Source: an uncultured Planctomycetaceae bacterium
GTDB taxonomy: Bacteria > Planctomycetota > Planctomycetia > Planctomycetales > Planctomycetaceae
DNA length: 64,000 nt
Reading direction: 5' to 3'
Assembly: GCA_963815195.1 (NCBI GenBank)
Contig: CAWFGE010000010.1
Coordinates: forward strand, 128,001-192,000
Below the pieces are notes generated by a model. The model did no database searches. It saw nothing but the letters and a program-made list of their open reading frames with translations, and was not told the DNA's origin. Below, in pieces: positions 1 through 9,856 of this stretch (the first letter of the stretch is position 1; each line of letters starts with the position of its first letter). A program made the translations under genes and the position numbers.

Positions 1-804
1 ACCACCCGCTTCCCGCAAGAGTCGGCTCCGCACCACCAAGAGATGGCCCACGTACATCACCGAGCGGAAATAGGCCGGCGACCAACGCGGCTTGTGAAAC
101 GCCTCGAAGCAGTTGCCGAACCGGTCCATTTTATCGCTGTCGGAATAGACGACGTCAGCGTCGGGGCACGCGTTCAACCGCTCGACAATGCGAAACAACG
201 CATCCTTGGTCAGCATGTCGTCGTGATCGAGAAAGCCGACGTAATCTCCCTCGGCGGCTTCGATGCCCACGTTCGTACAGGCCGAGATGTTCACGTTCTG
301 CTCGAGCGGAATCGTGCGGATGCGGGGATCGCGCCCGCACCAGTCCTGCATCAACTGGGTGAGCTGCACTTTCCCCGAGCAGTCGTCGATGAGGATCAAC
401 TCCCAGTTTTGATAATACTGCTCGGCGACGGAGCGAATGCAATCTTCCAGATACCGCGGCTTGATGCGGTACACGGGCACCACCAGGGAGATCAGCGGCT
501 TGTATTCGAGCTGCTCGGCCTGGGTTTTGAGTACGTCTTCGTTTCGCAGGTCGCCTTCGCGGGCGGACAGCCATCTGCGGCCATCGAAGCGGACGATCCG
601 ATGCACGAGCATCCGCGGCCGCTCGGAAATCAGCGTCCGCCAGCCCCAAGGGATCCATTTCCGGAGGGCCGTAACCCAACCGCCTTGGTACTGGGCGTAC
701 TCGTTGATCAATCGCAGCACGCGTTTGGATCGATGGATGGGCCGCGTGGTCGCCAATCGAAACACGTCTCCCATCAGTTCCCACAACCGCAGAATGGAAC
801 GCAT
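1..804 (-). CDS. Glycosyltransferase family 2 (runs off window start)
   Basis: Manual translation from ATG at 804 (SD AGAAGGA upstream): ...YKPLISLVVPVYRIKPRYLEDCIRSVAEQYYQNWELILIDDCS...GDYVGFLDHDDML...VVYSDSDK...KPRWSP, typical GT2 motifs. Absent from the ORF track because no stop lies in the window. Confidence 0.88.
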   Translation of the reverse strand, partial: MRSILRLWELMGDVFRLATTRPIHRSKRVLRLINEYAQYQGGWVTALRKWIPWGWRTLISERPRMLVHRIVRFDGRRWLSAREGDLRNEDVLKTQAEQLEYKPLISLVVPVYRIKPRYLEDCIRSVAEQYYQNWELILIDDCSGKVQLTQLMQDWCGRDPRIRTIPLEQNVNISACTNVGIEAAEGDYVGFLDHDDMLTKDALFRIVERLNACPDADVVYSDSDKMDRFGNCFEAFHKPRWSPAYFRSVMYVGHLLVVRSRLLREAGG

Positions 805-1135
805 GGAAATCCTTCTCAACTAAATGGTCCTCATGACCATCAACGGTTTACCGGGTCGCAGAATCCGAGGAGTGAATCTTGTGGCATTTCGGAAATCTGA
901 AAAATGCACCAAGTTCGCCAATTATTCCAGGTTTGTTCGAAACTTCGAACCGTGTCGGACCGGAACATTAGGCAAATCTGGAAAATGTGACAAGATGTTT
1001 TTTGGACAAAATTACAAAATCTGTTTGGGGAAGGCCACAAAGGCCAAAGGAGCAAAGGCCACATAGGGAAAGGCAAAAAATGCCTTTGGGGAAGGCGCTT
1101 CCTAAAATGAACCGGCGGGCAATGCGGGCGAGGAA

Positions 1136-2863
1136 TCACGCGGGATCGCGGCTGAAGGTCATAATTGTGATGTCGTCGTTTTGTGGCCGGCCGCTGGCGT
1201 GCTTGCGGACATCGGCCAACAGGGCCTTGCCCAGTTCCTCCGCATTGGGGCTCGCGTGTTTGACGAACTCCACGACCCGCTCCTTCGTGTAAAGATCACC
1301 AGCGGGATTCATGGCTTCATCCACTCCGTCGGTGATAATCACCACGGTCTCGCCGGGCTCGATGGGACGGGTGACGACTTGATAGGGGAAACCCTCCACA
1401 ATTCCGACCGGAAGGCCCACGGCGTCTTCGGGAAGTTGATCCACGCGGCCGTCGGGTTTGCGGATCAACGGCGACATATGCCCGGCATTGGCCAGCGACA
1501 TCTGGTGCGTCTTCAGGTCGATGATGACCAGGATATACGTCACAAACCGGCCTTCCACCATACTGGAGCACATGTGGTTGTTGATGGCCTCGATCGCCTG
1601 ACCCACCTCGTGCACGAATGCCATCGTGTTCTGCACGCAACTGGAAATCCGCGACATAATCAGCGCCCCGGGGACGCCTTTGCCCGCCACGTCCCCGAAC
1701 GACAGGCAGATCTTGTCGTCCGGCAGCATGAAGGCGTCGTAATAGTCGCCGCCCACCGCCTGGGCCGATTCGTAAGAGGCGAAGAACTGGTATCCGGGCA
1801 CCTGGGGAAGGTTTTCGGGAAGCAAAGCCCGCTGCACCTTCCGCGCGATTTCCATTTCGTTGTCCTGGCGGAGTTTGGCGAGGTGGGATTCGAGAAGCCG
1901 GGCGTTTTCGAACTTGAGGGCCGCTTCCCCGGCGACCGCCATCAGCAATTCCAGGTCATCCGACTTGAATTGCTGCAAAGGATTTTGCGTGTCGAGATTG
2001 ATGACCCCGATCACCTCTCCCCCCAATCCCAGCATCGGCACGCACATCATGGAATGGATTTCGAGATTGGCAATCGACTCGCTTCCCGCAAACTCCTGGG
2101 ACGCATCGGCGGAGAGAATGCCGGTTTTTTCCTCCGTGACTTTGTTCAAGATCGTGCGGCTGAGCTTGACGGTCGCATCCTGGCTCTCCCGGCGATGCCG
2201 CTGCTCTGTCGGGACCAGCCGCCCGGTCGTCGCGTTTTTCAGCAGAATGCTCCCCCGGTCCGCCGACGGGAACATCTCAAACAGGATCTCCAGAATCTTG
2301 GGCAAAAGGTCCCGCGGCTCGACCGTCTGCGCCAACCCTCGGCTGATCTCGATGATGCCCTTCAACTTTTTTTCCGGGTGCGAATCGAGCAGGCCGAACC
2401 CCGTTTCTGAGGAGAGCGTCCCCACGATGCTGTCGGTCGAGGCCTGGGCATCGTCGATCACGTCCAAATCGAACAGCGGCATTGCCGCGTCCGTCTCGTG
2501 GAGGTTCGACGAGTGAGCCCCGGGGCCGAACGACGGGCTGAGCGCTGGGATGTCCACCGTGCTCGCCCGCCCCGACTTCGGCGATTCGTAGCGAAGCAGA
2601 ATCGGGCCGAGTTTGATGCGGTCATTGTGTTTGAGCTCCGTGCGCCCCTGGATCGGCTGACCGTTCAAATACGTGCCGTTGCCGCTGCCCATGTCTTCGA
2701 TAAAAAACTGGCCGCCCGCCGAAATGATCTTGGCGTGCCGGCGGGAAACCATGTTGGAATCCAACTGGATTGTGCAATCGGGATGTCGGCCCAGGATCGT
2801 TTCCTCGTTCGTCAACGAGTACGGAGTCGCCGCGCCGCCTTGGAGCAAAACCAACTTCGACAT
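1136..2863 (-). CDS. FHA-GAF-SpoIIE/PP2C Ser/Thr phosphatase
   Basis: FHA motifs GRHPDC, VSRRHA, GSGNGT; GAF region (SMMCVPM...GVINLD); PP2C motifs VGGDYYD, GDVAGKG, TDGVDEA, DDIT. Confidence 0.9.
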   Translation of the reverse strand: MSKLVLLQGGAATPYSLTNEETILGRHPDCTIQLDSNMVSRRHAKIISAGGQFFIEDMGSGNGTYLNGQPIQGRTELKHNDRIKLGPILLRYESPKSGRASTVDIPALSPSFGPGAHSSNLHETDAAMPLFDLDVIDDAQASTDSIVGTLSSETGFGLLDSHPEKKLKGIIEISRGLAQTVEPRDLLPKILEILFEMFPSADRGSILLKNATTGRLVPTEQRHRRESQDATVKLSRTILNKVTEEKTGILSADASQEFAGSESIANLEIHSMMCVPMLGLGGEVIGVINLDTQNPLQQFKSDDLELLMAVAGEAALKFENARLLESHLAKLRQDNEMEIARKVQRALLPENLPQVPGYQFFASYESAQAVGGDYYDAFMLPDDKICLSFGDVAGKGVPGALIMSRISSCVQNTMAFVHEVGQAIEAINNHMCSSMVEGRFVTYILVIIDLKTHQMSLANAGHMSPLIRKPDGRVDQLPEDAVGLPVGIVEGFPYQVVTRPIEPGETVVIITDGVDEAMNPAGDLYTKERVVEFVKHASPNAEELGKALLADVRKHASGRPQNDDITIMTFSRDPA

Positions 2864-2918
2864 GATTCCATCTCTTGAAAGTTCTCGCCAACAGGCAACG
2901 AATCACATTCTGAACTTC

Positions 2919-2970
2919 GGGCCGAAGGCCCAGCTCTATGTCAGCCCAAGGCCAACGCAGCGCCGCCCTG
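2919..2970. repeat. Truncated copy of the palindromic MITE/REP-like element found full length at 58479-58678
   Basis: GGGCCGAAGGCCCAGCTCTATGTCAGCCCAAGGCCAACGCAGCGCCGCCCTG closely matches 58480-58531. Confidence 0.8.
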
Positions 2971-3059
2971 TCGCTGAAAAAAAACGCCCCGCGGAGGTTC
3001 GGGACTTGAGATATTCGGTCATTGGAAATTGTTTCGGATTTCGAGATTCGGATTTCCGT

Positions 3060-4344
3060 TCAGCGGGCCGCGAAGATGCGCTCCACGTTCCCGCGCAACA
3101 CGAGTTTCCCCAAAGCCAAAGCCCGCTCTTCCGACCAGCCCCGGCCTTCGACGAAATCCTTGGCGAGCACGTCCGCCAACACCCGCCGGTACATCGAAAA
3201 CTTCGGCAGCGCGAACTCCAACTTATACATGTCGCTATAATACCCGATTTGCTTCGTCTTCGGCACCGCCTGCAGGCGGCTGCGGCAATCGGTTTCGATG
3301 TACGCCGGGATGTTCGAATACCACCAATGCCCGTTGGTCACCACGTTCGGGAAAATCCAACTGTAACTCACCAGTTCCTGGTTGCTCGTCTCGGCCAGGA
3401 CCGAAATCGGAAACGTCACCTGCGGGAAGGCATTGAACAATTCGCGGTACAAAATCAGCGAAGTGCGTTTGTCGTACAAGTCCTGCCCCTGGAATACCCC
3501 GGCTCCGTAGACTTTCCGGTTGACGCCGATCATCAAATCAAACGGCAACCGATGCTCCGCGCACATCTCCGCCAACGTCCAAAACACGAACGAACTCGCC
3601 GCCCGCGCTTCGTCATCCGTCAATGCTCGCCCCGAAAGCATCGCCTTCAGCACCGGTTCCATCACGGGGCGCTCCACCTTCTGAGGGGAGAAGTCGGGAG
3701 GCAGCGAAATCGCACAGGCCCTGGCCCCTTTGGAGGTAAAGTGCGCGAAGAGCTGCCCCACCGCCGCGACCAGGGAATTGACATCGCCGAGGTCCATCCG
3801 CGAGGCCGACTTCAATCGTTCCCGCACTTCCGGTTTGGCGAGATGAAACACCAGATCGTCGGTCCGCAAACAGGGAATATACCGATTCGTGTCGAAGCCG
3901 TCCAAGGGGTCGTCGAAATCGTTCGTCAGAAACACCTGCTCGAGTTGGCTTTGCTTTAAGACCTGCTCTTCCCAATCCGGCTCGGCCATTTTTTTTAGGG
4001 CCGCATCGTACAGGCTTTCCCAGTTGTCCGGCGTGATGCGGTCGTCCTCGAACCCGAAAAACGCCCGGCACATTTCCAAGAGCCAACTCACCTGGATCGT
4101 ATTCTCGAGCGCATCCAGATGTCCGACCAGCCGGCCGACTTTTTCTTTGGGATCGAGCCCCGGCTCTTCGATCCGGGACCGCTCCAACCCCGCCGAGTGC
4201 GCCAGACTCGGTGTAGTAGTGGTAGCCCATAATATCCGCGAGCGTCTTCGAAGCCGGGCTGTGCGGATTGATGTGCGTGTGCGGATCGATCAAAATCAAG
4301 TCTTCAAGTTCAGCGAGCAACCGCGATCTCAAGCTGTCGGACAT
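3060..4344 (-). CDS. uxaC: Uronate isomerase-like amidohydrolase; single-base frameshift near 4206
   Basis: N-terminal part MSDSLRSRLL...LIDPHTHINP...GYHYYTE (HxH metal motif) is in one frame and LAHSAGLERS...GHWWY...GYYSD in another. Removing one base in GAG-T-CTG joins them. Confidence 0.7.
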
Positions 4345-4514
4345 AGCCGGGGGCATCCTCTTGTGTTTCAAGTTTAAGGTTTCACCATTTGGCGAGCGGA
4401 GCCGTGTCTGCGCAACGGTCCAAACAAAAAGCCAGCCGGCAGGAATAGTTTGGCGGCTGGCCGATTGGACATCAAGTACAAACCGGCGAAGATTAACCAA
4501 CGGGGGGACGTGTC

Positions 4515-5537
4515 TCACCGGGAGCGGCCGGATCGGCGGGGTTTGCGCTGGGCAAAGTCCGCGACGTCTTTAGCCGCTTGAGTTTCCGCGCCGGGCTTGC
4601 CCAGGAACCCCAAATCCCGGAACCAGTCGATGAAGCGGTCGGGCCAGGTTCCAAACGGAATCCCGTCGCGGGGGCCGATCGAGCCTCCGTGCTTGCCGCG
4701 GCCGTAAATGTGCATTTCCAGATTGGGCACACCCCGCGTGAGCATGCCCCGAAAATAATCGTCGGCCCAAATCGCGTGGACCCGGTCGCCGGACCCGGCG
4801 CAAACCAGAAAGCTGGGCGGCACGTTTGCGGGGATCGCCGTTTGGGGATCCCGGGTGAACGGCGTGGGCCCGGGGTAGACCAGTCCCACGAAATCCGGCC
4901 GCGCGGAAATTCCGGCGAGGGCGTCGGACGTGTCGTTGTTCTCTTTGGAAAACTTGTCGTAGAACAAAGCGGCCGGAGCCGCGAGCTCCGCCCCGGCCGA
5001 AAAGCCGACGATCCCAATCTTGTTCGGATCGAGTTTCCAGTCTTCCGCATGAGACCGCACGATGCGGATCGCCTGAAAGGCATCGTTCACGGCATCGGTT
5101 GTCGGTTCATAGCCGTCCACGCGAAGCCGGTTCCGCAGCACGATTGTGGAAACGCCATGTTTGGCGAAAAACGGAACCAAATCGTAACCTTCCGGCCCCA
5201 CCCACAGGATTTTGTGGCCGCCTCCGGGCGCCACGATGACCGCCGCCCCTGTGGACTCCCGATCTTTCGCCAGATGCACTTCAATCGACGGGTTGTGAAT
5301 GTTGAGCGTATTGAGCAACCGGGGGGATTGGCCCGTCGTGTTGTATCGTTCGGCTTCGTGAATTCGATCGCGGTTCAACTTCGGTGAATCGGAAGAATAA
5401 AGCGAGAGCACAATCCCTCCGGGTAAAGCCGGCTTGGGAATAAACGGTCCATCCGCCGGGGACCGCGCGGCAGTGGTGTCTTGGCCAAAACCCGTCGAGG
5501 CAATCAACACGCAGAGTGCGAACAGGAGCGGTTTCAT
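4515..5537 (-). CDS. Secreted alpha/beta hydrolase (acetyl esterase/xylanase-like)
   Basis: Signal peptide; PGGG oxyanion motif; GFSAG nucleophile elbow; D and H (GDRVH, GKHG) candidates. Confidence 0.8.
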   Translation of the reverse strand: MKPLLFALCVLIASTGFGQDTTAARSPADGPFIPKPALPGGIVLSLYSSDSPKLNRDRIHEAERYNTTGQSPRLLNTLNIHNPSIEVHLAKDRESTGAAVIVAPGGGHKILWVGPEGYDLVPFFAKHGVSTIVLRNRLRVDGYEPTTDAVNDAFQAIRIVRSHAEDWKLDPNKIGIVGFSAGAELAAPAALFYDKFSKENNDTSDALAGISARPDFVGLVYPGPTPFTRDPQTAIPANVPPSFLVCAGSGDRVHAIWADDYFRGMLTRGVPNLEMHIYGRGKHGGSIGPRDGIPFGTWPDRFIDWFRDLGFLGKPGAETQAAKDVADFAQRKPRRSGRSR

Positions 5538-5704
5538 AGGAATGGTCTCATGGAACGTCGGGACGAGAGAAATCTGGCTGCGGTCCGAACAAGTTTAACA
5601 AGAACATTCCGCGCGGAAAACGCCCCGCGCCTGGGCCCTCAGGGGATAAAGTTGATTCAGCCACTTTTTGCAAGAACATCGAGGGGTGCCGAGGCCAGTG
5701 TCGT

Positions 5705-6514
5705 TTAGGCGCTCAGATCTCCAAAACCGCTCTTCTCCAAAGAAGCTTTGATACGGGCCAGGGCCTGGTAGTAATGCCGGGAAACGAGGTTGGCGTTTCT
5801 CTCGTCATGCAGCACGTCGGCAATCACTGCAAAGGTCCAGCCCAGGTAAAAGTGCATGATGAAGGCCGCCCGCTGTCGCGGCGATAATTCCTCCAGGCTT
5901 CGGGAAACGGCGGCTTTCAGCTCATTCCGGCCGGCCGCATCGCCGGGCGAGGGAAAGCGGAGATCCGCCGGGCCCGCGGCTTCGATGAAGCGGCCGGACC
6001 GCTGTTTGAGCCGGGACCGTTCCAAAATCCCGGCTTGGAATTCGCGGAGTTCGGGAGCGGGGAGACGTTCCGCGAGGGCGATGCGAAAATCCCAGGCATC
6101 CCAGAACGCGCGCCCCAAGAGACCGGTCAATTTCGCGACGACCGTTTCAGGCACCCCGTCGCCGCAAAGTTGGTCCAGCGTTGTCAGCGTCATCCGAAAC
6201 CGGGGCGCATAGTTTCGCCGCAGCACGTCCCAAACTGTGTTCTTCAGGATCTTCCCGGCCCACCGCTTCCAGGACCGTCCGGCGTCATATCGCGCCATGA
6301 TCGACGGGCGCGCGAGCTTGGCCCCCAACTCCCCGATCGCTTCCTCGGCGACGTCGCGGTTCCGCCCCGACAGATGCGCAGCTTGCCGCATCAGCCACGG
6401 TCGATGTTGCTTCCAAAGGACGGCCAGCCCTTCGGGATCACCCACCGCGTACATCCGTTCGGCCGTTGTCTCCCCCCCGTCAAGGAGGCCGGTCGTTGAC
6501 AGATTTGGCTCCAT
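5705..6514 (-). CDS. ECF-type sigma-70 factor with internal insertion
   Basis: Region 2 (VAEEAIGE...RYD...SWKRWAGKILKNTVWDVLRR) and region 4 (LEELSPRQRAAFIMHFYLGWTFAVIADVL...VSRHYYQALARIK). Start placed at MEPN, after a G-rich SD. Confidence 0.78.
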   Translation of the reverse strand: MEPNLSTTGLLDGGETTAERMYAVGDPEGLAVLWKQHRPWLMRQAAHLSGRNRDVAEEAIGELGAKLARPSIMARYDAGRSWKRWAGKILKNTVWDVLRRNYAPRFRMTLTTLDQLCGDGVPETVVAKLTGLLGRAFWDAWDFRIALAERLPAPELREFQAGILERSRLKQRSGRFIEAAGPADLRFPSPGDAAGRNELKAAVSRSLEELSPRQRAAFIMHFYLGWTFAVIADVLHDERNANLVSRHYYQALARIKASLEKSGFGDLSA

Positions 6515-6585
6515 AACTCCCCCCCGCTTCAAATAAGAACAGAAACAGCAGATCTCGCATTCCGGCGTCTGGCCGGCTCTCTGCC

Positions 6586-6656
6586 ATTATAAGCGGGGAA
6601 TATCGATATGAAATGTAATAGAAATTATACATATCATTATGATATGTTGCATATCA
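6586..6656 (-). promoter_or_regulatory. Putative promoter (TATAAT) with overlapping palindromic operator-like sites upstream of the ECF gene
   Basis: TATAAT on the minus strand at 6586-6591; palindromes ATATCGATAT (6600-6609), ACATATCAT-T-ATGATATGT (6629-6647) and TGATATG-TTG-CATATCA (6640-6656) in an AT-rich patch. Confidence 0.6.
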
Positions 6657-6743
6657 GGCGCATTGGCGGCAGCGTGGAGCAAATCGCGGGCAAGGAATCG
6701 GCGCAACCGCACCGCTCCGCCGGGACGAACTTCCAATCGCTGT

Positions 6744-8300
6744 TCAAACCGCTTTGACGGCGCGGCGGAGCAGGTTGCTGGTGATCTTCTGCACGCGGGC
6801 GTCCGGGCCGTGGGGCCGGCTCCCATGCGACCACGGCAGGATGTGGCCCGGCGGCGTGGCGAGACCCTGCGACCAGAAAATCGTGGCGGCGTTGAACACG
6901 AAGTTTCCCTTCGGCCCCGGAAAAATCGTCGCGGTGTAACGGCCTTCGCGGATTCCGCCCGACCAGACCGAGCCCTCGGCGACGACTTCCAGCCCCGGCC
7001 GATCGAGATCGGGCTCGCCGTGATGCTCCCAACCCACGAGCCCCGGAATGCTCTCGCCGCGCTTCATGCCCGTGCCCTGGAACATCCAATGGGCGGGCTT
7101 GGTGCAAGTCCAGTCGCCGCCGCCGTTGAACGGGACGACGCTTCGCGCCCCGATGATGTTCCGCTCGTCCGGGGCTTTGTCCGTCAGCCCGGCAAACAGC
7201 GACGAGTACGAGGCGATCTCATCGTCCCTGAGCGGCCCGTAACAGCCGGCCCGCGTGATGATCCGCTTCGCCTGCCCGCTGGAACTCGGCGAGAACGGCG
7301 ACACGATAAACACCGAGTTCCCGCTGAGCCACAGGACATTGACGCCGGCATCGATCGCCGACTCGACCGCGCGGTATTGCCCTAGGTCCCAATACTCATC
7401 GTGCCCCACGCTGAGAAACGCCCGGCACCTGGTGAGAAAACCGGTATCGATCGTGTCGCTGTTGGAACCGTAGGTCACATCGTAGCCCTGCTGCTCGAGC
7501 CAGAAACACAGCGGATATTCCCAAAGCAAAAACTCGCCGGAACCCACCGACTGCGCAGGCTCGAAAATCTGCACGTACTTTCCATAAGGGCGGTCGAAGC
7601 TGACCGCGACGCCGGGGGCGTGGGCACCGTCGGGATGCGTGTAAAGCGACTCGTTCTCCGGCCAGCGGTTGTACGCCTGCCAGGTGTTGTCGCTCGACTG
7701 GAACAAAATGTCCGCCGGGCGGTCGTCCTTCACGATCAAGATAACGTAGCTTTGCCAATAGGGTTCCGACTTCGATTCGGGAATCGTGGTGAGCTTGCCG
7801 AGGTAAACGCCGCTGGGCCAGTCGTTGGGAATGGCGAGTTCGGCGCTCGGTTCCCATCGGCATTCCCGCAGCCGCGCGGGAGCCGGCCCCATCGGCGGCA
7901 CGGGCTCTGTGGTCCCGGCGATCGGTCCGAGCGTGGTCATCCGCCGGGCCCCGGCTCCGCCGTAGTAGCCCATGCGGTAAATGTCGATTGTAAATTTCCG
8001 GGCCGGTTCGCAGCTGACAAAAATCCGCAGCGTCTCGCCGGCCGCGATGGATTGATGCGAGCAATAGCCTTCGATCAGCGAGGTGCGGTATTTGCCTTTG
8101 TTGATCCGCACGCGGGTGAGCTGCCAATCGCGGTCGCCGGCTTTTTGATTTTCCCGGCGGATCAAATCCGGCTGGGAAGCGGGTTTCTCCGCTGCGGCAA
8201 CTTTGGAAGCCAAAGACGACGCCATCACCGACAGCGAAGCCGCCGCGGTGCCTTTCAGAACGTCCCGCCGATTGAGTTCCGGTTCGCGTTTGGAGTTCAT
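6744..8300 (-). CDS. Tat-exported N,N-dimethylformamidase beta-subunit-like (DUF6605) protein
   Basis: Tat signal NRRDVLK; motifs IEGYCS, IYRMGYYGGAGAR, SGVYLGKL, NTWQAYN, VSFDRPY, VGHDEYW, SGN. Confidence 0.75.
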   Translation of the reverse strand: MNSKREPELNRRDVLKGTAAASLSVMASSLASKVAAAEKPASQPDLIRRENQKAGDRDWQLTRVRINKGKYRTSLIEGYCSHQSIAAGETLRIFVSCEPARKFTIDIYRMGYYGGAGARRMTTLGPIAGTTEPVPPMGPAPARLRECRWEPSAELAIPNDWPSGVYLGKLTTIPESKSEPYWQSYVILIVKDDRPADILFQSSDNTWQAYNRWPENESLYTHPDGAHAPGVAVSFDRPYGKYVQIFEPAQSVGSGEFLLWEYPLCFWLEQQGYDVTYGSNSDTIDTGFLTRCRAFLSVGHDEYWDLGQYRAVESAIDAGVNVLWLSGNSVFIVSPFSPSSSGQAKRIITRAGCYGPLRDDEIASYSSLFAGLTDKAPDERNIIGARSVVPFNGGGDWTCTKPAHWMFQGTGMKRGESIPGLVGWEHHGEPDLDRPGLEVVAEGSVWSGGIREGRYTATIFPGPKGNFVFNAATIFWSQGLATPPGHILPWSHGSRPHGPDARVQKITSNLLRRAVKAV

Positions 8301-8485
8301 CAGGCTGGTCCTCGAAGGGGTTTGGTCGGTCCATTATAACGGGTCCGTGTGCGCGGGCGAGCCAAAACTCCATTCCCCCAGGCTCGCCCAGGCTCCTTGG
8401 CAAACCGGACTTTCTCTGATTTCGCAACTCCGCTATACTTCCCCAGATTTTGGACGAGTTTTCAGGCGGGAAGGAGTCTGCCGAG

Positions 8486-9820
8486 ATGTTTGAGCCGCTC
8501 TGTTTTCTGCACGTCGCCGATGCGGGTCTCGATCGACCGCTCCGCGATGTGGGCCCGGCGGGTTCCGCCGCCCGGCGGCTGGCGGACGATGCAACGCGGA
8601 TCGCATTCGCCCAAATGATCGACGGGGCGATTCACCGGCATGTCGATTTCGTGCTGTTGGCGGGTAACACCTTTTGGGAATCTGACCGCAGCCTCCGCGC
8701 GAGACTGGAGCTCGTCGCCGGGCTCGAACGATTGGAGGAGCACGGGATCTCCGTGTTCGTGCTCCCGGGGCGAAGCGATCCGATCTCGGCGTGGCGGGCG
8801 ATACCGAACCTGCCCAACAACGTCACGTTGCTCGCGGCCGAGGAATCCGACGAAGACGAACCGACAACTCCCGTGGCGATGCTCCGCGACGGCCGCGTGA
8901 TCGCCACGATCACCCCCGGCAGCCTCGCGCAATTGTCCGGCACATCGCAGCCCGCTCTGCCGGCCGACGAATCCCGGCCCCCTTCCGCCAACGGCCAGGC
9001 TCGCCCGACGCCTTTCCGCGTAGGTTTGTTGACCGACTGGCCCGCGGAACGAAGCGCTACTCCGCTGGCGGAGGAACTCTCGGATTGCGATTGCGATTAC
9101 CTGGCGGTCCCCGCCGCGGATCGGCAAGCGCGGCGGTCGGGATGGGTCTTTGAAGCCGGCGCAACCTTGGACACCCGCGCCGGCATCGCCCATCATCCGG
9201 GGCGGTTGCAAGCGATCTCGCCGAAAGAAACCGGCCCGCATGGAGCCACGCTGATCGAAGTCGACCAGGCCGGCAAGATTCGCGGCACGTTTTTGCCCTT
9301 TGCGAGCGTCCGGCGGTTGGAGTTTTGCCGGTCCATCGCTGCGGACGCCACGCCGGAGGAACTCGCCGCTGCGATGCAGGCGCAGCTCAATGCCGAAACC
9401 GCTCAAGCCGGCGAACAGGGCTGGTTTGTTACATGGATATTGAAGGGCACGGGAGCCTTTTTCGAGTCGCTTCAAGAACCGGACCGGCAAGCGGCGTTCT
9501 TGGAAGCCCTGCCGCAATCGCCGGCCGATCATCCTGACATTCAGGTCGAACATCGGCTGCGACTTGAACATTCTTTCGCGGGGCAAGAACACGCCTCTAG
9601 CGAACTCGAGCGCCTTTTTCAGGAAGCCTTGAAAAATACGTGGGCGGATGCTGCGGAGCCATCGCTCATGGAGGAAGTTTTCGCCGACCTCCGCGAGTTG
9701 GACAACCCCGAATGGAGAGCCCGGTTAATTTGTTTGGTCGATGACTTGGATCCTCAGGAAATTCTGACGTCGGCCCGCGAATTGGGACACGATTGGTTTG
9801 GCGAAGCGGCCGGCACATAG
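8486..9820 (+). CDS. YhaO/SbcD/Mre11-fold metallophosphoesterase-like protein with degenerate active site
   Basis: FLHVADAGL, DFVLLAGNTF, VLPGRSDP, DYLAVP and HPGRLQ...ETGPHG align to SbcD/YhaO motifs. SD AAGGAG precedes ATG 8486. A YhaN-like ATPase lies downstream. Confidence 0.8.
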   Translation: MFEPLCFLHVADAGLDRPLRDVGPAGSAARRLADDATRIAFAQMIDGAIHRHVDFVLLAGNTFWESDRSLRARLELVAGLERLEEHGISVFVLPGRSDPISAWRAIPNLPNNVTLLAAEESDEDEPTTPVAMLRDGRVIATITPGSLAQLSGTSQPALPADESRPPSANGQARPTPFRVGLLTDWPAERSATPLAEELSDCDCDYLAVPAADRQARRSGWVFEAGATLDTRAGIAHHPGRLQAISPKETGPHGATLIEVDQAGKIRGTFLPFASVRRLEFCRSIAADATPEELAAAMQAQLNAETAQAGEQGWFVTWILKGTGAFFESLQEPDRQAAFLEALPQSPADHPDIQVEHRLRLEHSFAGQEHASSELERLFQEALKNTWADAAEPSLMEEVFADLRELDNPEWRARLICLVDDLDPQEILTSARELGHDWFGEAAGT

Positions 9821-9856
9821 TGGTTTCCCGCGTGTCAGTGCGACAAGGAGATCGTG

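Noticed and set aside
43..900. 285-aa + strand ORF and the many other long overlapping ORFs in the track (e.g. 16367-18676, 27650-29101, 55695-57224)
   Set aside because: Antisense or alternate-frame shadows of recognisable genes, expected in high-GC DNA; no motifs of their own.
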